From the NCBI RefSeq assembly GCF_048593235.1, contig NC_133622.1:250112055-250176054 (forward strand): a DNA stretch of 64,000 nt. Direction: 5' to 3'. Both the position numbers and the translations under genes were made by a program. Below the pieces are notes generated by a model. It was not told the origin of the DNA, did not search any database, and worked only from the letters and a program-made list of their open reading frames with translations. Below, piece by piece: positions 53,811-64,000 of the stretch (position 1 is the stretch's first letter; every line of letters begins with the position of its first letter). This stretch comes from Sminthopsis crassicaudata (Eukaryota).

Positions 53811-56800
53811 GGCCAGACCCTTCCAGTTCTGGGTGAGATGGGGGCTGTGCTCTTTCCTGGCTGTTCCAGGAACACAGGCCAGCGATGACTCCCCATTCTC
53901 TGGGATGGTCCCTAGGCCTCCTACAGGAAACCTTCCACCCGGTCTATTATTTTTCTGTTTTTAGATTGCTCACAAATTGTCTCCCTCTGGAGGGTGAGCT
54001 CCTCCAGGGCAGGTACTGCATTTTATGGCTCTGTATCCCAGCACTTAGCAAGTGCTTAATCCTGGTTAGCCTTAACTAGGGAAGAGAATTTGGGGAGGAT
54101 GAATCAAATCATCAAAGGGAGTGTTTCCTTCCTTTGAACCCATCCAGGCAGGAAGAGACGGGGTCATTCCCTAAGCCATTTGTCAAAGTGACAGAGAAAA
54201 GCTGTTGGGGGGGAAGGGAGGGAGCTTGGACACTCCTCTCAGAGGAGGAAATACAAAAGGTCTGGATTTCAGAGATCCCAGCAAAGGGGGGCCTAGGAAG
54301 TCCCAAGAATAACAGAGCAGCCCTTTCCCCAGCTCCTCCTCCTTCCTGACTTGACTCCCACAGGATCCAGTGTTTACAGTAAACTGGACTTAGGTGGTGG
54401 AGCCCAGCCTGAGCCAGGTGTGAGGAATTTCCTAAAGGCTTTGAGCAATTAGAACTTTTCCTCTCAAATCAATCCTCCAGAGCTAGGAAGGTACTAACTC
54501 TGGGACTGTTAGAGGCCCTTTTATTGCCCCCAGGCCAAAAATAAGAGCTACCCTAGCTTTCCGGTCTTCTGGGGAGCTTCTGGGAGCCCTCTGGTCCAGC
54601 CCTCCATCTCCCCCCCAGTTCCAACTCCCAGCTCCGGAGCCCAACATTAGCCATCCTCCACACACGCCCCACCCCGTGCTTGGGTAAACTCCACCTTAAC
54701 ACTTAGTAAGCACTTAAATGCTGATTGATTGAACGGTGAAGGAAATCTCCTAAGAAAATCCTTTGCCAACCTAAAAGCAGTTAGGTAAACTTAACTGTGA
54801 TTTTTTAAGAGATCCCAAGTCTAGTGAAATGGCCCCTCCCCTCAAGGAGCTTATATTCTAATGGGGGAGCCGGCCAACAGGTAAACCAGAGGTAGAGCCC
54901 AAAATAAGCACCAGGGAGAAAGGTCACCCTGGAGAGGGAGGCCCTGGAAGCTGGGGGAAGGGGAGAAGGGGGCAATGCTAGACCTTTATGGTCGAGTATA
55001 GCCCCTTGATTGAGTAATAGGAGCAAATACTTCAATTCTGTCAAAACATTTAATTAATCAGAGTTAAGCTAATATGTTTAATGGAGTGCTCCGAGCCACT
55101 GGATAAAGTCAGATGATAAGATATATTAGCATTAGTTGAAAATTCTAAATATAAAACGAATTACAAAATAATTTTTGAGTGTTTTATGTAGGACGTCCTG
55201 CAAGAATTAAAGATGTAATCCAGCAAGACCTCATATGCTTATTATCTGCAAGACTTCATATCAAATTTCTTATTTTACAAATTTTCTTAAATAGGAAAAA
55301 CATTTTTACCAAAATAAGTCGCAGGGGAGATGTTTAATGTAACAAGGATATGTAAAGTTAATTTTGATGCTGGACTTTATGTGAACAAAAGTTTGTAATA
55401 TTTGATTCAACACCAGATAAAGTCTTAACTCTTGCTCTGCAACAAGTGAATTTCTGTGTTTTGTTTTAAAAACAATAATGTAAAAAGGCTTGCTTACCCA
55501 AACATGAGGTGGAAAATGACAGGAGAATCTATAAGTTTTCTGCTGGAAGGTGGAAAAAAATTTTTTTGGTTATTTATTTTTTAGCTTTTTGCCACATAGA
55601 GCCCAGCAATGAAAATGAATCACTAGTTAAAATGTCAAATATCTACTTGTCTACTGCGTGATCCCAAATGTATCAAATGATAAATGTGGATGCAGTTTCA
55701 TATATTGTTTTGTGCTGTGGTGTTTTTTGTTTTTAATAATTTATATTTAAACTAACTTTTGGAAGGAAAGGCTCCCTTCCAACGTGACTCTTTTCCATCC
55801 CTGGCTTACCAATTACACTCTCACAGAAACTCGACGAAAACATCGTCTAGTGTCCGGTTCATTTGAAATCACTAGCAAAGGAAGAAGAATATAAGCAGAA
55901 GTTCAGAAATGTTTAAAGTCATCCTTAGTGCTCCAATAAGAAGGCAGAGAAGATTTGTTTCCGCAGAATATTGTGGATATTCCCAATGCCTCACAGTGCC
56001 CTGTGAGAAGAGCGAGTGTTTGTTCTGCAGGAAGGGCACCTTGTTGATGGAGATCATATGGCTATACCGGGGATGAGGTATGATTACAGGGTAACCCAAG
56101 AGAAGGCGGGAGCGACTCCGGACATCGGACAGAATACGCAGGAGTCTGCTTTCAGCCGTCCTGGGGAATCAGTTTGCATCAGAATGCCTCAAGAACAATC
56201 TGATGGGGGGGAGAAGCTTCAAGAAGTCATCAGGTGCCCTCTGGACTCACTGAGACCTCCCCGGAGCCCGAGCTCTTTGGGCTGGAGAAAAGTGTTACCA
56301 GGCCTCACAAAGGCCTCGATCCTGGGGCCCAGCAGGGCGACACGGAGGGGAAAGCAGGGACCGAGTCCTCCCTTTGCCTTGTGCTCCCTAAGCTCAGTGC
56401 TCTTGGAGTCACATGAATGTTAGAGAGGAGATGCTGTTAGCTTCTTATTAATTTACTTGGGGGGGGGGCATTCAGGCCCTTAGGCAGAGGAGCTGCTCCC
56501 ACAATCTCTAACCACATCCCCTTAGTGCTGTGGAGGGACTTCCTGGGCCCGAGGGTAAATCTGGCCTCTGAGACCACGTTTCCTCCTCTTTCCTTCAGCT
56601 GCCAAGGTCTTCTTGGATCACGGCAGGTGTCCGTTTTACCTCCCAGCTCTGTCTGCAGAGATGAGCCCACGGTCCTGGCTTGGGCCAAGCCACTTGTCCA
56701 GGGGTCTCCGAGAGCCTGGGACTCCCCGGCCACGCTGCCCTCCCCCAGGTCCTCCGTGCCTCCTCAGGACCCACATGCTGAGCCCCTTCTCCCTCTGCCA

Positions 56801-58479
56801 CCCTTCTCACCCCAAACAATTCTCTCCGTGCCCGCTCACGAGGGTGCTCTGTGCTTTGGCCCCCCACATTCTCCCCTCTTTTTCCTCATCTACCCCGAGG
56901 AGCAAAGGCTGCGGTTGCCATCTTGGTCCTCTTACCACCCAGGATGGGGCCTGGCCAGGGAAGCCAGGCTTATCAGTTTATGGGTAACAGCCTCTAGGTC
57001 TTCCCAACAGAGGCCAAATACTTAAGTTATACTGACCAGGTTTGGTCCTTTGGCTGGGGAGGCTGGGGACTCTAGGTTGGAAGGTCATGTATGAGGAAAT
57101 AACCCGGGCCCTGCAGCAGCCTCCACAAGCATCCTTAACCTCCAGGCCCAAGGTCCGGATTGGGCCCCAAAAGGCCGCCCAGGCCCTGAATGGCAGAAGC
57201 TTCCAGCTTCCTCCTGCTCCTGATCAGAGCCCTGGGCTCTTCCTTAGTCTGGAGAGCTCACATACTAAAGCATCCCCAGACTTTCCTTCCTGCCCTGCTC
57301 ACCGCTCAGCCCCAGTCCATCAGCAGCCTCTCTCCTTTCCCCCCTCCCCCGCGGGCAGCCAAAGCTTACCAGAAGGCCTTGCCCCTGGTGTTTGTGCTGC
57401 TGGCCTCGGATATGCCAGCTGGCCATAAATCTGGAGCCCATTGGTGAAGCCTGTGGACTCAGGAGGCCCCCCGCGTTCAAATTCTGCCTCAGACATTTAC
57501 TCTGTGTATGAGCCCGGGCAGGTAATTTAACTCTGTTTGCTCATCTGTACAATGGGCTGCAGAAGGAAGCAGCAAGACACCCAGTATTTGTCCAGAAAAC
57601 CCCAAATGGGGTCATGGAGAGTTTGACAAGACAGTCAGCAAAATACTGAAAAACACCCGTCCACAAACTTCAGATATAGCAATGGGCCCCAGTGCTTATT
57701 CATTCATTCCTGCTCATTCCAAACCTTCCCCGCCCCTACTCCCTCACATCTGGTTTCTTTGATAATTATCCACCAGCTTAATTAGGTTCAGCATTTGTGA
57801 GTCCTCCTCTCTCTTGCTGGGCTGTAAGTCTGGGGACATCTGGAGGATTCCCCGGCGGAAGAAGATCCTAGAAAGTGGAGAAGCGGTAGAGGTGGGCTTG
57901 GGGGGCTCAGGACCACAGATTTCAAGCTGGAGGGGTCTTAGAAACTCACCATTCTACGAGAGGAATCCAGCTCTGTGGCTCGCCCCTACTCGGGGTCACT
58001 TGCCAGCCCCGCTGCAGGATTTCACCCTCCATGCGCCAAAGGCTGGCAGCTCGACTCTTCTCCCCTTCTTTATTTTCTCCTCCCCCTCGCCCCTGGTAAA
58101 CTCTTTGAGGCCCTGTCTTGCTCCTTTTCTTTGTATCCTCCAGTCTCTGCATCCACACCCACAGAAACTCAGGCAAGGCTTGGCTCTTTCTAACTCCATA
58201 TTCAAGTCATCTGTGTGACTCATTAGCCATAAAGAAAACCAAGGTGTCCTTGGGCTATGGGAAAAGAGGTGAGGGATTCCCTCAGCCTGCTCAGGACCCA
58301 TCGGGAGCCATAATTTAAGAAGCATGGTCAGGGAGAAAGTGTTCTGAACAGGTCTCGAGTCCCTGTCTTATGAAGGTCGGTTAATATAAACAGAGCTATT
58401 TCACTCAAAGAAGACTGGGGAGCCATCTTGAACTGAAAGGACTGCCAAATGGAAAGGGATTTTGTTTGTGTTGTGTGGC

Positions 58480-59528
58480 CCCATGGGCAGAATCAGAATT
58501 GCATGAAGGCAAATTTACTTTTTAAATTGTTTGGTACTTCATTTTTACATGTAAAAACAATTTTTAACCTTCGTTTCAAAATGTTGAGGTCCAAATTCAC
58601 TCCCTCCCTTGAGAAGACAAGCAATCTGATGTAAATTATACATGTAGTAATCATGTAGACTGGGCCCGTGGGCCAGATGCCCCCGCCGGCTTCTGGCAAA
58701 TGGGCTGAGGGATGGAGACAGAGTGTGAGCCTTTGTTTTTACTAAAATGCGGCCCTCCCACAGTCTGAGAGACAGCGAACTGGCCCCCTGTTTAAAAAGT
58801 TTGAGGACCACTGATGCAGACCAACTTCCTATTTTAGTTATGTTCTAAAAGAAACCATAAAAAATTCCCCCCAAAAATAACATAAAATTTTTTGAAAGCG
58901 TGTTTTGATGAGTACTCAGACTCCATCAGTTCTTTTCTCTGGGAATGGAGAGCATTTTTTCATCCTAAGTCCTTCAGAGTTGTATTGACTCATACTGCAG
59001 AGAAGAACTAAATCGCTGGCTAAGATCACAGTTGATCATCTTATAATATTGTGTACAGTGTTCACCTGGTTCTACTCCTTTCGCTTTGCATCAGTTCATG
59101 TAAGTTTTGCCATGTTTTTTCTGAAAATATCCTGCTTGTCATTTCTTAGAGCACAACAGTATTCCAGGCAATCAGTTGTTTAGCTACCCCCCCTCCCTGA
59201 TTGATGGACATCCTCTCCAGAAAAGAGCCGCTCATCAATATTTTTGTGTATATCGGTCTTTTTCCTTTTTATCTCTTTTGAGATACAGACCTAGTAATGG
59301 TATTGCCATGTCAAAGGATGTGCATGGTTTTATAGCCCAATGTAGTCCCACATTGCTCTATATAATGGTTGAATCAGTTCACAACTCTGCCCACCATGTC
59401 TATTTTCCCACAATCCTTCCAACATTTGCCATTTACCTTTTCTGTTCTATTAGTTAATCTGATAGGTGTGAGATAGTACCTCAGAATTGTTTCACCTTGC
59501 CTTTTCTCCAATCAATAGTGATTTAGAG
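58480..59528 (-). mobile_element. Old marsupial L1 (antisense), interrupted at about 58660-58815 by a hAT-like MITE remnant; resumes after 60486
   Basis: Antisense L1 3' UTR/ORF2 signatures (TTGCATCAGTTCATGTAAG, TCAATAGTGATTTAGAG|CATTTTTCAT); AAAAAGTTTGAGGACCACTG resembles a hAT terminal repeat. Confidence 0.7.
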
Positions 59529-59529
59529 C

Positions 59530-59705
59530 CAGGGCTTCTTAAGGTTTTTCTACTCTCAACCCCTTTTCTCCCAAGAATATGACCCTGAGAATATAGATAT
59601 AAGATAGATATACAAGTCAAACATTTACTAATAATAAATCATAATTTTGCCACCCCCACATTCAATTACGAGACTCCATGTTAAATCATAGTTTCTAAGA
59701 AGCTG
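59530..59705. mobile_element. Non-autonomous hAT-like DNA transposon (MITE)
   Basis: Left end CAGGGCTTCTTAA and right end CTAAGAAGCTG form imperfect inverted repeats; 8-bp flank TTTAGAGC versus TTCAGAGC at 60479-60486. Confidence 0.6.
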
Positions 59706-59712
59706 AGATTCA

Positions 59713-60466
59713 TGTGCATCCCCTTTGATCCAGCAGTGCTACTACTGGGCTTATATCCCCACTGAGAAGGGGAAAGGGACCTGAATGTGCCAAAATGTTT
59801 GTGGCAGCCCTTTTTGTAGTGGCCAGAAACTGGAAGATGAATGGATGTCCATCAGTTGGAGAATGGTTGGGGAAATTATGGTATATGAAGGTTATGGAAT
59901 ATTTTTGCTCTGTAAGAAATGACCAGCAGGAGGAATACAGAGAGGCTTGGAGAGACTTCCATCAACTGATGCTGAGTGAAATGAGCAGACCATTATACAC
60001 TTCAATAACAATGATCCTGTATGAGGATGTATTCTGATGGAAGTGGAAATCTTCAACATAGAGAAGATCCAACTCACTTCCAGCTGATCAATGATGGACA
60101 GAAATAACTCCACCCAAAGAAGGAACACTGGGAAGTGAATGTAAACTGTTAGCGCTACTGTCTGTCTACCCAGGTTACTTACACCTTCGGAATCTAATAA
60201 TTACTGTGCAAAAAGAAAATGGGATTTACACACATATATTGTATCTAGGTTATATTGTAACACATGTAAAATGTATGGGATTGCCTGTCATCTAGGGCAG
60301 GGAGTACAGGGAGGGAGGGGAAAATCTGGAAAAATGAAAACAAGGGATAATGTTATTTAAAAAATTACTCATGCATATATACTGTCAAAAAAATTTATAA
60401 TTATAAAATTAATAGGAAAAAAAAACACATCATGCCTAACATACAGTAAACAATTAAAAAAAAAAA
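59713..60466 (+). mobile_element. Young 5'-truncated L1 with poly(A) tail and 16-bp TSD
   Basis: ORF2 C-terminus MFVAALFVVARNWKMNGCPSVGEWLGKLWYMKVMEY at 59795; AAGAAGCTGAGATTCA at both 59697-59712 and 60467-60482. Confidence 0.92.
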
Positions 60467-61729
60467 AAGAAGCTGAGATTCAGAGCATTTTTCATGTGCC
60501 TATAGATAGTTTCGATTACTGAAAATCTGAAAATTGCCCATGGAAAAACAAGTCTTAAGGATTGTTGAACCTTTGATTATGGGAAAAGGAGCGCAGTAGC
60601 CTCCGGTTCAGCTGCCCTGTGGTAACAAGCTCGAGAATTCCCAAATCGAGAGTTTTTGATTTAGAGCCATCACTTCCAAGCCAGAATCTCGGGGGGGGGG
60701 GGGGGGGAAGGAAAGCTCTACGAAATCTAGACTTATCATGGCTAACATCACGCCAACTAACATGGGGGCTCTCCCTCCTTTCCCCAAGCCAGGCCTTCAA
60801 GCAGGGTTTAGACAACCATTTGTACAGGTATGATGAGGGTGCCTTTCATCTAGATTCAGATTATAGGGTGGACTACATGGATCTCTTCCGACTCCGAGAT
60901 TTTGTGATTCTCTGAGAATTGGCGGGACTTGGGGACTGATGGGATATCAGTGCCGGGACCGATTGGTATGTTCACATTCTGAACAACACGGGCTAAATGC
61001 ACATTTCCACATGTGGTTCTTAGCAGCCCCTCTGCCCTGTTTCCCACCCCCACGGCCATCCAGGACTGGAGGCTGCTTTCCTTTTCCTCGTCTCCGGAGC
61101 TGTCATGGGCAGGTTTGTGGTGAGAACAAGGCTCTCTAAACTTAACAAGGCTGGTTCTCAGAAGGTAGACACAGTCTTTGGTTCAGTGGAGGAAGCAGCA
61201 AATTCACTCAGCACCTAAGCAATCGTGATTAAGTCACCTTAGTTTCCTGATGTGTGAAACCAGGGAAGGGTGGGCTAGATAACTTCTTAGGGTCCTTTCA
61301 ACTCTAGATTTTCCAGAATAGTAAAGACGGCTCCATTCATATATTGTGCTTTAAGATTTGCAAAGCAGCTCACAGACTCTGCAGAGGGAAGATGGAGAAA
61401 ATCATGTAGCCATTTTGACGGAATCCTCTGCAGATTTATGCCATGTAACCTCAACTGGGCAAACTTACTCTGGCTCCCTTATCAACTCTCCCACTCCAGT
61501 TCTCATCTCTTTTCAAACTTCCTATGGTGTCCCTTTCTCCTGCTTTTCTCGGCTGAGAATCTTCTCTCATATTTTACAGAAAGAAATCAAGGCCATTTGC
61601 CAGGAGGTCTCCCCTCTCCGGGATTCTTCCTCATGTCAGTATGCTTTCCACCACTACCCCCTCCACCCCCGTCTCACGTGAAAAGGCGGCCCCACTCCTT
61701 ACCAAGCTGACCCCTCTACCCAAATAAGA

Positions 61730-63450
61730 TGGGGAGCAAGTAGGAGAGGACAGGGTTACGAAGGCCCTTGAATAGCAAGCAGGATATTTTGTGTTTGATC
61801 CTAGAAGGAATAGGGAACCCCTGGAGGAACATAGGAAGAGGTAAGGGGGTGACATGGTAAGGAGTGACGTGGTAAGAAGTGACATAAGGGGGTGACATGG
61901 TAAGGAGTGACGTGGTAAGGAGTGACATAAGGGGGTGACATGGTAAGGAGTGACGTGGTAAGGAGTGACATAAGGGGGTGACATGGTAAGGAGTGACGTG
62001 GTAAGGAGTGACATAAGGGGGTGACATGGTAAGGAGTGACATAAGGGGGTGACATGGTAAGGAGTGACGTGGTAAGGAGTGACGTGGTAAAGGGGGTGAC
62101 ATGGTAAGGAGTGACATAAGGGGGTGACATGGTAAGGAGTGACGTGGTAAGGAGTGACATAAGGGGGTGACATGGTAAGGAGTGACGTGGTAAGGAGTGA
62201 CATAAGGGGGTGACATGATAAGGAGTGACGTGGTAAGGAGTGACATAAGGGGGTGACGTAGTAAGGGGATGATGTGGTAGAGGGTGACATGATTGGTCCT
62301 GTGCTTTAGGGAAATCATTTATTGGAGTAGGGTTCCAGAGGTGGAAATGACTTGCCTTGACAACAGATGCGTAAATGGTAGTTTGCCAACATTCAGACTG
62401 CTAGGATTTAAAAATCAGGGTGCTAAAATGGAAAGACTGCTAGTTTGGGGGTGAAAGGACCTGGATTCAAATCCTGCCTCTGATAATATCTGGGCGACCT
62501 CCAAAAAGTCACTTGATCCAAGGACCTGTCTCCTCATGCATAAAATGAGCCGGAGAAGGAAATGACAGATCACTGTCCCTGCCAGGAACGCTCTAAGAGG
62601 GGTCACAAAGAGATAGGCACAAGTGCAACGAATGAACGGTATAGCCTGAAAGTTAGGCAGGTCAAGGAGGTAGCCCGTGGGTGGGGGATGGGGAAGACCT
62701 CTCAAGAAGGCCGCCTGCTGTGCCGGAGCGAGGCCCTGGTTAGCCCCCCCGGGTGGAGGGAGTAGCTGCCCACTCCCGTAGCCCCGAGGATCCTTCAGGT
62801 ACCTAGAGTCTAAAGTAGCCTTTCCCAAATCTCCCCACACCTCCCTCGATGGCCCGTGTCTCGTTTCGAGTGACTTCCAGCCCCTTGAGATCACGAGGGA
62901 GCTCAGAGCCCGCCGTCCTCGAAGGGGAGCTCTGGCTGGTGGGTCCGCAGCGCAGCTGCTGCCCCTCGTTGCTCCTCACAGAGGCTGGGATCGTGTATCT
63001 CGAGGGACCTTCGTGCTCATCTCATGCAAACTCCTCCTTCTTCAGAGAGCTGACGGCATAGAGGGGAAGCTCCTCGAGGGCTGGCCGGCGCCATTTTTCT
63101 TTCCTCGATGCCTTTCGTCTGTTGCATCGACTCCACGGGCTTGCACGCATCATGGCACACGCTCAACTTCCAGGTCATTTGTCAAAAGATTTAAGGAGGC
63201 ACATGGCAGCGCAGGGCCCTCAGCCACGGCTGTCTGCAACGCCCCCTTCACACGGGCGTCTGCGGCTCCTTTTCTGTTTCTGGAAGAGCTTCCTACCCGT
63301 GACAGATCAGCTCCTGTCCCACACTGACTTCTAGTCTCTGGGGAAACATCTTGCCCGGACTTCATGGAAGGTTAAATGCCCTCCCCGGCTTCCTCTTGGC
63401 CACGTGCTCATCAGGCTCCTGGCTGAGAGAACTCTCCTTGCTTAGCCAGA
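61730..63450. mobile_element. Degenerate L2 fragments (two orientations) hosting the 61850-62290 minisatellite
   Basis: GTGTTTGATCCTAGAAGGAATAGGGAACCCCTGGAG and GACATGATTGGTCCTGTGCTTTAG on plus; TTGACAAATGACCTGGAAG and GGGGCTGGAAGT...GATTTGGGA on minus. Recognition is from memory of L2 consensus. Confidence 0.6.
61850..62290. repeat. Minisatellite, 43-bp higher-order unit of 13-15 bp GTGACRTGGTAAGGA / GTGACATAAGGGG monomers
   Basis: Directly visible; embedded between L2-like flanks. Confidence 0.95.
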
Positions 63451-64000
63451 CGTGAGCGTTACTCGCCACTACAGAAAGCTTTCAGCTGCCTTGGGCCGGA
63501 GAGTCCCCAGGGAAGCGGCGAGTCGGAATCGTTTCTGGTCCCCGGGCAGATGAGGCTCGGGGAAGGCAAGAGTCCCGCCAGCCTGCCGGGGTGATGAGAG
63601 CCCGGGATTTGGAGGCCCGTGGCCGCCCCCGGCTCCTCTCCCACCTCCCTCCTCAGGAGTTAGACCCTCAAGGACCTTCCTCCCTCTCCCCCTGCAGGCT
63701 GACATTGTTCCAGGCCTGTAAGGCATATAAAGCACCTGGTCCCCCCAACCACCAGTTTAAAGTGGGACCTGACGTTCGGAGGATCGTCCGCGCCCCACAG
63801 TGAGGAGTGCTCAGGGTGGGCTCGGACCCTCGGCGACTTCCGTAGCTGCCTCTCGGCGCACACGCGGGCACGGCAGGCAGCGCTGGGCAAGCCCCACATC
63901 GAGGAGCGACTGCAGGTAAAAGTGGAAGGCGGCCTGGCAGAAATCGAGACCAGCATTTGGGCCCCAAACGGACCGTGAGATATGTAATGAACCCAGCCGC

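Noticed and set aside
61631-62318. Repetitive ORFs (PYVTPYHVT...) and an array that could be mistaken for CRISPR; VVVESILT resembling the MAP4K2 C-terminus
   Set aside because: Pure tandem repeat with no unique spacers or cas genes, in a vertebrate. The VVVESILT match stops immediately and lacks the NLYIL motif and splice context.

Overview
Vertebrate genomic DNA, GC-rich and gene-dense, almost certainly from a marsupial. The marsupial call (probably an Australian dasyuromorph) is an inference from WSINE1/MAR1-like SINEs and marsupial-type L1 ends. The window holds the conserved NRXN2-RASGRP2-PYGM-SF1 cluster (human 11q13 synteny), with all genes on the minus strand. I hand-assembled RASGRP2 (15 coding exons, 1830 nt, 609 aa, one U12 AT-AC intron) and PYGM (20 exons, 2529 nt, 842 aa) with intact frames and splice sites. 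SF1 could be assembled except exon 3 and most of exon 13, which appear to fall in N gaps. Only the promoter and non-coding first exon of probable NRXN2 are present; this identification rests on synteny. Sequence beyond 52.5 kb is intergenic and TE-rich, and I found no MAP4K2 coding exon. There are five N gaps and no CRISPR, rRNA or tRNA. I did not find a wholly new biological system. The best leads are: (1) the SF1 3' end, open in three reading frames and controlled by a tandem donor and competing acceptors, plus candidate poison exons in SF1 intron 2; (2) a minisatellite of CTCF-like motifs in RASGRP2 and a divergent CTCF pair between RASGRP2 and PYGM; (3) a MEF2/E-box/ERR cluster upstream of PYGM; (4) a nested L1/MITE/L1 insertion with a 16-bp TSD and probable 3' transduction; (5) an L2-born minisatellite carrying nine TGACGTGG motifs; (6) an unexplained AT-rich segment at 55.0-56.4 kb. 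Human protein comparisons are from memory, not from a database search.
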